64,000 bases of DNA from Devosia sp. (GCA_036675975.1 JAKFDU010000032.1:5-64004), one strand, 5' to 3'; shown: positions 18,375 to 28,094, counted from the stretch's first letter. Notes: generated by a model not told the origin, from the sequence alone. Made by a program: numbers and translations.

Positions 18375-18409
18375 GGACGGTTTGTAGCGAAACCGTCCGG
18401 GCTTGCCAA
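18375..18409 (-). promoter_or_regulatory. Candidate sigma70 promoter with overlapping 9-6-9 inverted-repeat operator
   Basis: TTGGCA (18409-18404)-N17-TACAAA (18386-18381); GGACGGTTT-N6-AAACCGTCC at 18375-18398. Confidence 0.5.
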
Positions 18410-18594
18410 CAGGGTATTTGCAACGTCGCAACCGATGATGCGGGAAAGACACAGGACGCGGCGCAGTTGCGTCACGCTCTGCGTTCCATCAGACATAGTC
18501 GGAGTGGCCGCTCGTCGCATGAGCGGTCTTGTAAGGTCTCGGGCCTCGAGGAAACAGTATAGGGCGGGCTAGTCGCTTGGGACCTGGGTCGGTT

Positions 18595-18720
18595 TCAGCG
18601 CGTCTCGGCCCGATAGACCTCGATGCCGCGCGTCGACCATTGGGCATAGGCCAACGCGGCCACGAATACACCGAACAGCGTCAACACCGCTGTTATGACC
18701 AGATGCAGATTGGCAGCCAT
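18595..18720 (-). CDS. 41-aa single-pass membrane microprotein
   Basis: MAANLHLVITAVLTLFGVFVAALAYAQWSTRGIEVYRAETR; GAGGAG RBS 6 nt upstream; one hydrophobic helix. Confidence 0.7.
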   Translation of the reverse strand: MAANLHLVITAVLTLFGVFVAALAYAQWSTRGIEVYRAETR

Positions 18721-18774
18721 TCCTGTCTCCTCATGAAGCTGGCATGACCTTGTTTTTCCGCGCATCGTTTCACC

Positions 18775-18788
18775 TTGATCCAGGTCAA
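18775..18788. promoter_or_regulatory. FNR/FixK-type box
   Basis: TTGAT-CCAG-GTCAA, one mismatch to TTGAT-N4-ATCAA; between the divergent microprotein and aminopeptidase genes. Confidence 0.6.
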
Positions 18789-18879
18789 TTTGATTTTTGG
18801 ATACATGGATGTGGCGCCGATCCGAGCCGGCGGCTAACCTTCCGGCCAACCGATTCAAAACCAAGAGGCATTCGCCCAA

Positions 18880-20112
18880 ATGACCATCGATCCCGTCAAG
18901 CTCGACAAGCTCGCCCAGGTTGCCATCAAGGTCGGCCTGCAATTGGCCGAGGGCCAGGACCTGATCATGACCGCGCCGATGACGGCCGCGCCACTGGTCC
19001 GCCGCATCACCGAGCATGCCTACAAGGCCGGCGCCGGACTGGTCACGACAATCTATTCAGACGAGGAAGCCACCCTCGCCCGCTACAAGCACGCCAACAA
19101 TGCCAGCTTCGACAAGGCCGCCGGTTGGCTCTATTCGGGCATGGCTGAAGCCTTCAAGAACAATGCCGCGCGCCTCGCCATTGCGGGCGACAATCCGATG
19201 ATGCTGGCCGGCCAGGACCCCGACAAGGTGACCCGCGCCATGCGCGCCAATTCGGCTGCCTACAAGCCGGCACTCCAACTCATCACCGGCTTCGATATCA
19301 ACTGGAACATCGTCTCCTATCCCAGCGCCGCCTGGGCCAAGCTGGTATTCCCCGAGGACAGCGAGGAGGAAGCCGTCACCAAGCTGGCCGACGCCATCTT
19401 CAAGGCGTCGCGTGTCGATCAGGACGATCCGATCGCCGCCTGGGCCGAGCACAATGCCAATCTCAAAAAGCGCTGGACCTGGCTCAACGGCAAGAGCTTT
19501 GCCTCGCTCAAATATACCGGCCCCGGCACCGATCTCACCGTGGGCCTCGCCGACGGTCACCGCTGGAAGGGCGGCGCGTCGGAAGCCAAGAACGGCATTA
19601 CCTGCAACCCCAACATTCCGACCGAGGAAGTGTTCACCACGCCGCACAAGCTGCGCGTCGAGGGTCATGTCGCCGGCACCAAGCCGCTCAGCCACAATGG
19701 CGCGCTGATCGAGGAGATGCAGGCCCGCTTCGAGGGCGGACGGCTGGTCGAATTCAAGGCCGCCAAGAACCAGGACCTGTTCAACAAGGTGCTCGACACC
19801 GACGAGGGCGGACGCCGTCTCGGCGAAGTGGCGCTGGTGCCCCATTCCTCGCCGATCTCGGCCTCCGGCATCCTGTTCTTCAACACGCTCTATGATGAAA
19901 ACGCTTCTTGCCATATTGCGCAGGGCCAGTGCTATTCGGACTGCTTCGTCGACGGCAAGAACCTCACGCCGGAGCAGATCTCGGCCCAGGGCGGCAACAC
20001 CTCCAACATCCACATCGACTGGATGATCGGCAGCGACAAGATCGACATCGATGGTGTGCACGCCGATGGCAGCACCGAACCAGTGATGCGCGGCGGCGAG
20101 TGGGCCAACTAG
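18880..20112 (+). CDS. Aminopeptidase, M29 (AmpS/PepS) family
   Basis: PNIPTEEVFTTP, RRLGEVALV, LYDENASCHIA, SNIHIDWMIG motifs. Confidence 0.92.
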   Translation: MTIDPVKLDKLAQVAIKVGLQLAEGQDLIMTAPMTAAPLVRRITEHAYKAGAGLVTTIYSDEEATLARYKHANNASFDKAAGWLYSGMAEAFKNNAARLAIAGDNPMMLAGQDPDKVTRAMRANSAAYKPALQLITGFDINWNIVSYPSAAWAKLVFPEDSEEEAVTKLADAIFKASRVDQDDPIAAWAEHNANLKKRWTWLNGKSFASLKYTGPGTDLTVGLADGHRWKGGASEAKNGITCNPNIPTEEVFTTPHKLRVEGHVAGTKPLSHNGALIEEMQARFEGGRLVEFKAAKNQDLFNKVLDTDEGGRRLGEVALVPHSSPISASGILFFNTLYDENASCHIAQGQCYSDCFVDGKNLTPEQISAQGGNTSNIHIDWMIGSDKIDIDGVHADGSTEPVMRGGEWAN

Positions 20113-20856
20113 GTGACAGAGGCCCTTGCCGACTTCGCCGCACGTCTGATCGCCGGCCATGACGGCGGCCAGGCGATCGACACCGTAGCGGCGCATCTGG
20201 TCCCGGCCGACATGGCCGGGGTCTATGCCCTCCAGGACGAGATCATTCGCCAGATCGGGCCGGTCGGCGGCTGGAAAATCCTGGCCGGCGCCGCGGGTGA
20301 ACCGACCTGTTCGCCCATTCCGGCCAAGCGCTACTACACCAGCGGCGATACGATCAGCGCCAGCAGGCATCGTTTCGTGCTCGCGGAAGTGGAGATCGCT
20401 GTGAAGCTCGGCGCCGACCTTCCCGCTGGTGCCGATGCCGTCATGGCGGAGGCCGCCATCGCCTCGCTGCACCCCGTACTTGAAATGGTGGGCAGTCCCT
20501 TCGTCGATCGCGATACCATCGCGGCCAATGCCAAGCTGGGTGACCTGCAGAGCAATGGCGCCGTCATCGTCGGGCCGGCAGTTGATCCGGCCATCAGAAG
20601 CGAACTGCCCCATCTCGGGGTGAGCCTGTGCCTCGATGGCGCCGTGGCAAAAGCCACCGAGACCGGCGCGAGTTGGGATGCAATCCTCGCGGCCCTGCGC
20701 TGGCTCGCCAGCCACGCCGCCTCGCGCGACCTGCCGCTCAAGGCCGGCGATATCATCATCACCGGCGCACGGGTCGTGGCGCCGCATGGTTCGGCGGCCC
20801 TGGTCGAGGGCGACCTGGGCAAATGGGGCAAGGTCAGCGCCCGCATGACCTACTAA
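20113..20856 (+). CDS. Fumarylacetoacetate hydrolase superfamily, 2-keto-4-pentenoate hydratase-like
   Basis: GGWKI, AEVEIA, LEMV, DLQSNGAVIVG, LKAGDIIITG; GTG start abuts the peptidase stop. Confidence 0.7.
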   Translation: MTEALADFAARLIAGHDGGQAIDTVAAHLVPADMAGVYALQDEIIRQIGPVGGWKILAGAAGEPTCSPIPAKRYYTSGDTISASRHRFVLAEVEIAVKLGADLPAGADAVMAEAAIASLHPVLEMVGSPFVDRDTIAANAKLGDLQSNGAVIVGPAVDPAIRSELPHLGVSLCLDGAVAKATETGASWDAILAALRWLASHAASRDLPLKAGDIIITGARVVAPHGSAALVEGDLGKWGKVSARMTY

Positions 20857-20883
20857 CCGGCCAAGCGGGCAGGAGAAGCGAAT

Positions 20884-21330
20884 ATGAGACGCGCGTTTTG
20901 TATTGTTACCATCCTGACCCTGGCGCAACCCGCCCTGGCGCAGACGGTGCTGGAGAGCGACTTTACCATCTCGGTGCCCAATGGCGAGGGCGAGCCAGTG
21001 GTCGAAAGCACGACGCTGGTGCCGCTGCTGGCCGGTACCTGCTACGACTGGCACCTGCGCCTGGGCAAGGCGAAGGGCGACGTCGAGGTCACCGAGATTT
21101 ACACGCTGCCATCGGCGCCGGCGACCTGGGGACTGGGCGAAAACAGCAACATTGTCGTCTCAGACGACCAGCTGTCGGCAACGTCGGCCCTGTCGCTGAC
21201 GCCGGAAGATGGCTGGATCGCCAGCGGCTGGTGCGTCTCGGAGGGCGATCCGGAAGGGGATTACACGTTCGAGATCAGGTCCGGCGACAAGGTGCTCGAG
21301 ACCTTCGAGTTTGAGCTGCGGGCGATGTAG
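20884..21330 (+). CDS. Secreted hypothetical protein
   Basis: AGGAG RBS, signal peptide ending ALA, acidic beta-rich mature region with two Cys. Confidence 0.7.
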   Translation: MRRAFCIVTILTLAQPALAQTVLESDFTISVPNGEGEPVVESTTLVPLLAGTCYDWHLRLGKAKGDVEVTEIYTLPSAPATWGLGENSNIVVSDDQLSATSALSLTPEDGWIASGWCVSEGDPEGDYTFEIRSGDKVLETFEFELRAM

Positions 21331-21333
21331 CCT

Positions 21334-22608
21334 TCAGCCCCTGAACTCGTTCTCCCGGATGCTTTCCGGCTTCATCTGGATTGAGAACCCCGGCAGCTTC
21401 GGCGGCATGTAGGCCGCGTTGCGAATCTCGCACGGCTCGATGAAGTGCTCGTGCAGGTGATCGACATATTCGATCACGCGGCCTTCCTTGGTGCCCGATA
21501 CGACCAGATAGTCGATCATGCTCAGGTGCTGCACATATTCGCAAAGACCCACGCCGCCAGCATGCGGCCAGACCGGCAGACCATATTTCGCCGCCATCAG
21601 CAGCACGCTCAACACCTCGTTGAGCCCGCCAATGCGGCAGGCGTCGATCTGGACGATGTCGATGGCGCCGTCCTTGATGAACTGCTTGAACAGGATGCGG
21701 TTCTGGCACATTTCGCCGGTCGCCACCTTGACCGGGGCGATGGCCGCGCGGATAGCCTTGTGGCCGGAGACATCATCGGGGCTGGTCGGCTCCTCGATGA
21801 AATAGGGGTTGAAGCGCGAGAGTTGCTTGACCCAATCAATCGCCTGACCGACCTCCCAGACCTGGTTGGCGTCGATCATCAGATAGCGGTCCGGCCCCAT
21901 GATCGAGCGGACGATTTCGAGCCGGCGGATATCGTCGTCGAGGTCGCGGCCGACCTTCATCTTGATATGCTGGAAGCCCTCGGCCACTGCCTCGGTCGCC
22001 AGCCGCGTCAGTTTCTCGTTTGAATAGCCCAGCCACCCCGCCGAGGTGGTGTAGCACTGGTAGCCCTCGGCCTTGAGCGTCGCGATGCGCCCGGCCTTGC
22101 CCGCCTCGGCCTTGCGGAAAATGGCCAGGGCCTCATCGGGCGTGATGGCGTCCGTGAGGTAGCGGAAGTCGATGATATCGACCAGCTGCTCGGGCGTCAT
22201 GTCGGCGACGAGCTGCCAGACCGGCTTGCCCGCTTCCTTGCCTAAGAGGTCCCACACTGCATTGACCACCGCGCCGGTCGCCAGATGCATGGCGCCCTTG
22301 TCCGGGCCGATCCAGCGCAACTGGCTGTCGCCAGTCACATGCCGCCAGAAGCGGCCGGGATTTTCGGCGATCCAGTTCAGCTCGAGGCCGATCACGCGGC
22401 TTTCCAACGCCTTGATCGCGGCCACCACCACTTCGTTGCCGCGGCCGATGGTGAAGGTCAGCCCGTGCCCCTCATAGGCGCCATCGGTGCCCAAGATGAC
22501 ATAGGCTGCCGAGTAATCCGGATCCGGATTCATCGCATCGGACCCATCGAGCGAAGCCGAGGTGGGGAAGCGGAGATCGTGGGTGGAGAGAGAGGTGATC
22601 TTGGTCAT
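21334..22608 (-). CDS. L-fuconate dehydratase (enolase superfamily)
   Basis: RFPTSxxLDGSDAMNPDPDYSAAYV, YTTSAGWLGYS, KMKVG, MIDANQ, FIEEPTSPDD, VATGE, PHAGGVGLCE, EYVDHLHEHF. Confidence 0.88.
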   Translation of the reverse strand: MTKITSLSTHDLRFPTSASLDGSDAMNPDPDYSAAYVILGTDGAYEGHGLTFTIGRGNEVVVAAIKALESRVIGLELNWIAENPGRFWRHVTGDSQLRWIGPDKGAMHLATGAVVNAVWDLLGKEAGKPVWQLVADMTPEQLVDIIDFRYLTDAITPDEALAIFRKAEAGKAGRIATLKAEGYQCYTTSAGWLGYSNEKLTRLATEAVAEGFQHIKMKVGRDLDDDIRRLEIVRSIMGPDRYLMIDANQVWEVGQAIDWVKQLSRFNPYFIEEPTSPDDVSGHKAIRAAIAPVKVATGEMCQNRILFKQFIKDGAIDIVQIDACRIGGLNEVLSVLLMAAKYGLPVWPHAGGVGLCEYVQHLSMIDYLVVSGTKEGRVIEYVDHLHEHFIEPCEIRNAAYMPPKLPGFSIQMKPESIRENEFRG

Positions 22609-22726
22609 TTCAAACTCGACTGAAACTGAGAGTGCGGCGCTGAGATGCGTTAAGTATGCGGGTTAACCCAGGCGGAGCCCCGGGCGTGACATTGTCCTGG
22701 CGCGGGTTGGACCATGGGGATGCGGA

Positions 22727-23518
22727 GTGTCGGACAAGATCATCAGGCAGAGCTACCGACGCTTCTATGGCTGGCTGCTGCGACTGGGCCGCGTGCGCGC
22801 GATGATGCTGGGCACTTCGATCGCGATCACCACGTCGGTGCTGGTCACCGCGCTGGTCATGGCCGTGCTCCCGGGCTCCAGGGACTACTTCTGGTACAAC
22901 ATGATCGTTGCGGTCGTATCGCCGCTGGTCAGTGCGCCCGGCCTGACGCTGGTTGCCATTTCGATGGTCTACCAGCTCAATGCGGCCCAGACCGCCCTGA
23001 CGCTGGCGGCGGAAACCGATGCGCTGACCGGCGTTTCCAACCGCCGTTCCTTCATGGCGCAGGCCGAACTGGCCTTCGCCCAGACCAAGGCGGGTGGTCC
23101 GCCCTTCGCTGTGATCATGCTCGATATCGATCACTTCAAGGCCATCAACGACAATCACGGGCATATTGTGGGCGACGACGTGCTGCGCAACGTGGCGCAT
23201 GCCTGCAAGGCGGCGCTGCGCGGCAGCGACTGCTTTGCCCGGTTCGGCGGGGAGGAATTCGTCGCCCTGCTGCATTTGACCGATGGCGAAGCCGGGGTGG
23301 CCGTCGCCGAAAACCTGCGCAAGACTGTCGCAGCGCTGGCGTTCGAGAACCGGACGCCACCTGCCGTGACTGTCAGCCTGGGGGTCGCAGGTTATCTGCC
23401 GAGCAGCGAAAGCCTGCATGATATCCTCAATAAAGCCGATCGGCAGCTCTATGCCGCCAAGGCGGCCGGCCGGAATCGGGTGATGGCGGCCGGCAATGAC
23501 AGGCGCCGGGCGTCCTGA
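22727..23518 (+). CDS. Membrane-anchored diguanylate cyclase
   Basis: Two TM helices, DALTGVSNRR, DIDHFKAINDxxGH, RxxD I-site (RGSD) and intact GGEEF. Confidence 0.88.
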   Translation: MSDKIIRQSYRRFYGWLLRLGRVRAMMLGTSIAITTSVLVTALVMAVLPGSRDYFWYNMIVAVVSPLVSAPGLTLVAISMVYQLNAAQTALTLAAETDALTGVSNRRSFMAQAELAFAQTKAGGPPFAVIMLDIDHFKAINDNHGHIVGDDVLRNVAHACKAALRGSDCFARFGGEEFVALLHLTDGEAGVAVAENLRKTVAALAFENRTPPAVTVSLGVAGYLPSSESLHDILNKADRQLYAAKAAGRNRVMAAGNDRRRAS

Positions 23519-23520
23519 CC

Positions 23521-24252
23521 TCAGGCCGTCCAGCCACCATCGATGATGTGAACCTGTCCCGTCGTATAAGTCGCGCCCGCCAGGTAGACCGCCAGGTCGG
23601 CCACCTCATCGGGCCGCGCGATCCGCCCGATGGGCTGGCGGGCAATGAAGGCCTTCCTGGCCGCCTCGAAATCGCCGGTCGCATGCCAGCGCTCGTGCAG
23701 GCTGGGGGAATCCACCGTGCCCGGCGCGATGGCGTTCACGCGGATGCCCTGCGTCGTGTAGTCGGCGGCGATGGACTTGGTCAGCCCGATCACCGCGGCC
23801 TTGGAAATGGTATAGGCGGCGCGGTTGGGCACGCCCTTCACCGAGCTGGCGACTGTCGCCATGTTGATGATGCAGCCATCCTTGCGCGCGAGCATCTGCG
23901 GCAGCACCGCCTGGATGGTGCGGATCTGCGCCTTGATGTTGAGGTCGAAGGCGAAATCGAGGTCCTTGTCGCTCATTTCCAGCACCGTGCCGGAATGCAC
24001 CACGCCGGCGCAGTTGAACAGCACATCGATATGACCGATCTCGGCCACAGCCTGGTTGACAGCGTCGGCGCTGAGCACATCAAGCAGGCGCGTGGTGACG
24101 CCGGCCATGCCGTCGAGCTCGGCCAGTTTGCCGGCGTTGACGTCGGTCGCGATCACACTGGCCCCAGCCTTGACGAAGGCCTCCACCGACGCGCGGCCGA
24201 TGCCCTGCGCGGCGGCGGTGATGAGTACGATTTTGCCTGATAGGTCAGCCAT
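23521..24252 (-). CDS. SDR, 2-keto-3-deoxy-L-fuconate dehydrogenase-like
   Basis: TAAAQGIG, LFNCAG, YxxSK (YTISK), PGTVDSPSL, RQPIGR; start at ATG 24252. Confidence 0.78.
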   Translation of the reverse strand: MADLSGKIVLITAAAQGIGRASVEAFVKAGASVIATDVNAGKLAELDGMAGVTTRLLDVLSADAVNQAVAEIGHIDVLFNCAGVVHSGTVLEMSDKDLDFAFDLNIKAQIRTIQAVLPQMLARKDGCIINMATVASSVKGVPNRAAYTISKAAVIGLTKSIAADYTTQGIRVNAIAPGTVDSPSLHERWHATGDFEAARKAFIARQPIGRIARPDEVADLAVYLAGATYTTGQVHIIDGGWTA

Positions 24253-24281
24253 GGCGCGTTCCTGAAAATTCTCAGTCAACA

Positions 24282-24380
24282 CCCTCCCCCTTGTGGGAAG
24301 GGATCAAGTGAGGGGGTGTTTGGCCCCGATACCGTGGCTCTCAACACCCCCTCCCAACCTCCCCCATCGAGGAGGAGGTG
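24282..24380. repeat. CCCTCCCC...GGGAGGG-type palindromic doublet
   Basis: CCCTCCCCCTTGTGGGAAGGG ... ACCCCCTCCCAACCTCCCCCATCGAGGAGGAGG between the SBP and SDR genes. Confidence 0.7.
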
Positions 24381-24425
24381 CCGTTCAGTGAGAGTGGCGA
24401 TATCTCGCCACACCCAGACGCGTTC

Positions 24426-25370
24426 TTAGTCGTACAGCACGGCCGCGATCTTGGGATCGGTCATGTTGTCCTTGTCGTAGTAGTAGAAGCCGGTGTCGAT
24501 GATGGCGGGCAGGGTTTCGCCCTTGAGCGCGCTCACAGCGGCCTGGACGGTCTGGTAGCCGATGCCGACCGGGTTCTGCGTGATGGCGCCGGCGATGACG
24601 CCGCTTTCGATCAGGGCCTTCTGTGCAGCACCGGAGTCGTAGCCGATGATGACGACATTGCTGCCCAGTTCCTGCTTGCCGTTGGCAACGCCGAGGACCG
24701 AACCTTCATTGGCGCCGAAAATGCCCTTGAGGTCGGGGTTGGCGAGCAGGATCGACTTGGTGATTTCGGTCGAGGCCAGCTGATCGCCACCGCCATACTG
24801 CACCGAGACGACCTCGATGTTCGGATAGGCTTCCTTGATGCGGTTGGAGAAGCCTTCGACGCGGTCAATGCCGGTGCGGCTGGTCTGGTCATGCGCTACG
24901 ATGGCGACCTTGCCCTCGCCGCCGATCAGCTCGGCCATGACGTCGGCCGCCAGCGCGGCGGCAGCAACGTTGTCGGTGGTCGCGGTGGTCAGCGGAATGT
25001 CGCTATCGACGCCGGAGTCGAAGGCGATGACCGGAATGCCGGCATCCTTGGCCTGCTGCAGCAGCGGCGTTGCGGCCTGGCTGTCCAAAGCGGCAAAACC
25101 GATGGCGTCGGGGTTACGCGACAGGGCAGCGGCCAGCATGTCCATCTGGCGGTCGACCTGGCTTTCGGTTTCCGGACCTTCGAAGGTCACGGTCACGCCA
25201 AGATCCTTGCCGGCCTGATCGGCACCAGCTTTCACGGCCTGCCAGAACTGGTGCTGGAAACCCTTGGAGATCAGGGCGATGTCGTAGGCGTCCTGGGCCG
25301 TGGCAGCGCCGCCGGCGGTCAGGAGAGCGAGCGCGCTGATGGCGCCAAGCAGGGTACGTCTATTGAGCAT
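24426..25370 (-). CDS. Sugar ABC transporter periplasmic binding protein (RbsB-like)
   Basis: Signal peptide, ISKGFQHQFWQAV, VIAFDSG, TDNxAA, ITQNP. Confidence 0.9.
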   Translation of the reverse strand: MLNRRTLLGAISALALLTAGGAATAQDAYDIALISKGFQHQFWQAVKAGADQAGKDLGVTVTFEGPETESQVDRQMDMLAAALSRNPDAIGFAALDSQAATPLLQQAKDAGIPVIAFDSGVDSDIPLTTATTDNVAAAALAADVMAELIGGEGKVAIVAHDQTSRTGIDRVEGFSNRIKEAYPNIEVVSVQYGGGDQLASTEITKSILLANPDLKGIFGANEGSVLGVANGKQELGSNVVIIGYDSGAAQKALIESGVIAGAITQNPVGIGYQTVQAAVSALKGETLPAIIDTGFYYYDKDNMTDPKIAAVLYD

Positions 25371-25488
25371 TTGAAGTCCTCCCTTAGAGTGTGAATTCGT
25401 CTTCCGGTGAGGCGTTGCCGCCTTCTTATTGGCACCCTCGAGCGCGATCCCTATGGATCGCGGTCTGGGCGCGGGGGATCGTCGGCGC

Positions 25489-26484
25489 CTAAAGTGTACG
25501 GCGCCGCAGGATATCGGCGTAGACCGCCAGGATGATGATGAGGCCCGTCACGACCGTCTGCCATTCCTGGGGGACCGAAAGGATGCGCAGGCCATTGGCC
25601 AGCACGGAGATGATGAGGGCGCCAATCAGCGTACCGATCACGGTGCCGCGGCCGCCCGAAAGCGACGTGCCGCCAATGACCACCGCCGCGATGGCGTCGA
25701 GTTCATAGCCCTGGCCTAGCGCGGGCTGCGCCGAATTAAGGCGGCTGGCGATGAGCAGTCCGGCGACGCCACAGATGCCACCGGCCGTGGCATAGACGGC
25801 GATCTTCCAGCGATCGATGTTGACGCCCGAGAGGCGAACCGCCTCTTCATTGCTGCCGAGCGCGAAGGTGTAGCGGCCGAGCGCCGTCTTCCCCAGCACG
25901 AAGGCCGCCAGCAGCGCTACCACGAACAGGATCAGCACGCCGTTGGGCAGCGGCACGGCGGGGAATATGGTGCCGACCCAGGAGCCCAGCGCGATCTGGT
26001 TGAAGCCAGGCGTGTCGTTGAAATAGATCGGTTTGGTGCCCGATATGACCAGGGACAGGCCCTTGAGGATCAGCATCATGCCCAGTGTGGCGATGAAAGG
26101 CGGCACTTTGAGCTTGGCGATGATCGTGCCCGAAACGAGGCCGCAGCCCGTGCCGGCCAGGATCGAGGCAACGATGCCCAGCGGCAGCGGCAGCCCCAGA
26201 TAGGTCAGCACCACGCCGGTGATGACGGCGCAGAACGTCATCAGCGTGCCCACCGACAGGTCGATGCCACCGGTGATGATCACCAGCGTCGCCGCAATGG
26301 CGAGCACGCCGTTGACCGAAGTGGCCTGCAGGATGGCCAGAACGTTCTGGGTCTGCATGAAATTGGGCGAGGCCAGGGAAAACACCACGACCAGCGCGAT
26401 AAGTCCCGAGAAGGCCAGGAGCCGGTGGAATGCGCCCGAGATGCGGATGCCGGATTTGGTCGCGGGGGCTGCAGTATCGGTCAT
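25489..26484 (-). CDS. Sugar ABC transporter permease (RbsC-like)
   Basis: [46 protein letters not shown]. Confidence 0.92.
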   Translation of the reverse strand: MTDTAAPATKSGIRISGAFHRLLAFSGLIALVVVFSLASPNFMQTQNVLAILQATSVNGVLAIAATLVIITGGIDLSVGTLMTFCAVITGVVLTYLGLPLPLGIVASILAGTGCGLVSGTIIAKLKVPPFIATLGMMLILKGLSLVISGTKPIYFNDTPGFNQIALGSWVGTIFPAVPLPNGVLILFVVALLAAFVLGKTALGRYTFALGSNEEAVRLSGVNIDRWKIAVYATAGGICGVAGLLIASRLNSAQPALGQGYELDAIAAVVIGGTSLSGGRGTVIGTLIGALIISVLANGLRILSVPQEWQTVVTGLIIILAVYADILRRRTL

Positions 26485-28043
26485 GCCGAGCTCCGTTCAG
26501 TATTGATGTCGGCCACGGCGCTGGGCCGCAATGTGGCAAGCCGCATGATGTCTTCCTGGCTCGAACCACCCGGCAGCGTGCCGGTCAGCCGTCCCTCGCA
26601 CATCACCGCGATGCGGTGGCTGAGGCGCAGGATTTCGGGCAGTTCAGAGGAGATGACGATGATCGCCCTGCCCTGTTCGGCCAGCGCATTGAGCAGCTTG
26701 TAGATTTCGGCCTTAGCGCCGACATCGATGCCGCGCGTCGGCTCGTCGAAGATCAGGATATCGCAGTCGCGCAGCAGCCATTTGGCGATGACCACCTTCT
26801 GCTGGTTGCCCCCGGACAGGAGCCGCGCTTCCTGAGTGTCGCTGGGGGTCTTGATCGACAGTTGGCGAATATACTTCTCCGCCACATCATGCATGGCGCC
26901 GTCATTGATGACGCCGCCCGGCCCCACGAAGCGCTCGAGGCTGGCCAGCGCGATATTGTTGCGGACGTCGAGGCCGGTGGCGAGGCCGAAATGCTTGCGG
27001 TCCTCGGAGAGGTAACCGATGCCTGCCCGCACTGCGTCCTTGGGCGAGGAAATGCCGACGCGCTTGCCATTGACCCAGATTTCGCCGCTATCGCGCGGAT
27101 CGGCACCAAAGATGGCGCGGGCGACCTCGGTGCGGCCGGCGCCCATCAGGCCAGCCAGCCCCAGGATTTCACCCTTGCGGACGGTCAGGCTGACGTCGCG
27201 GATCTCGCGGCCGCGATTGAGGTTGCGGACCTCGAGGGCCACCGGCGCGCTGGCGGTGTTGGGAATGTTGAGCGCTTCGTTGGTCAGGGTGCGCCCCACC
27301 ATCATCGAGATGATGGTTTCGATGGGCGTGTCGGCGGCCGGGACGGTGCCGACATATTCGCCATCGCGCATCACGGTCACGCGGTCGGAGATGCGTTTGA
27401 TCTCGTCCATCTTGTGGCTGATATAGACGATGCCGACGCCTTCCGCCTTGAGCCGATTGATGATGGTGAAAAGCTCGGCGATCTCGGCGTCGTTCAGCGC
27501 CGCGGTCGGCTCGTCCATGATCAGCACGCGTGAGCGGTAGCTCAGCGCCTTGGCGATCTCGACCATCTGCTGGCGGGCAATGGTCAGCGTCTCGACGCGA
27601 ACGGTCGGCGAGAGCTTCAAGTTCATTGAGTCGAAGATAGCCTGGGTGTCGCGGTTGAGCGCCGCCTCGTCGAGCAGGCCGAAGCGGCGTGGCTCGCGGC
27701 CGATAAAAATGTTCTGCGCCGCCGTCAGGTCGCGCATCAGCGCCAGTTCCTGATGGATGATGCCGATACCCATGTCCTGCGCCTGGCGCGGCGAGGCGAT
27801 CTCGACGGGCTGGCCATCGAGGCGCACCTCACCGGCATCGCGGGAATAGACGCCCGAGAGGATTTTCATCAGCGTCGACTTGCCAGCGCCATTCTCACCC
27901 ATCAGGGCGTGGACTTCACCTGCATGCAGCTCGAAACGAGCCCGCGACAGCGCCCGCACGCCGGGAAATGCCTTGTCGACATCGATCATCTCGACAAGCG
28001 GCGTCAGCTGTCCGGTCGCCGGGGGGGCGGGGGTGGGCGGCAT
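26481..28043 (-). CDS. Sugar ABC transporter ATP-binding protein (two NBDs)
   Basis: [39 protein letters not shown]; start uncertain (28043 or 28082). Confidence 0.9.
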   Translation of the reverse strand: MPPTPAPPATGQLTPLVEMIDVDKAFPGVRALSRARFELHAGEVHALMGENGAGKSTLMKILSGVYSRDAGEVRLDGQPVEIASPRQAQDMGIGIIHQELALMRDLTAAQNIFIGREPRRFGLLDEAALNRDTQAIFDSMNLKLSPTVRVETLTIARQQMVEIAKALSYRSRVLIMDEPTAALNDAEIAELFTIINRLKAEGVGIVYISHKMDEIKRISDRVTVMRDGEYVGTVPAADTPIETIISMMVGRTLTNEALNIPNTASAPVALEVRNLNRGREIRDVSLTVRKGEILGLAGLMGAGRTEVARAIFGADPRDSGEIWVNGKRVGISSPKDAVRAGIGYLSEDRKHFGLATGLDVRNNIALASLERFVGPGGVINDGAMHDVAEKYIRQLSIKTPSDTQEARLLSGGNQQKVVIAKWLLRDCDILIFDEPTRGIDVGAKAEIYKLLNALAEQGRAIIVISSELPEILRLSHRIAVMCEGRLTGTLPGGSSQEDIMRLATLRPSAVADINTERSSA

Positions 28044-28094
28044 GGGTTTTGATATCCTCCAGCGCATTCTTGCGATGCGCATGCAAACAATCTA

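Noticed and set aside
18352-18375. GGTTCGAGATC resembling a tRNA T-loop
   Set aside because: No cloverleaf arms or acceptor stem around it.
18329-18562. 77-aa plus-strand ORF with an apparent GGAG RBS
   Set aside because: No recognisable composition or motif; the purine tract is better explained as the complement of the uORF codons, and the ORF crosses the predicted promoter. Not formally excluded.
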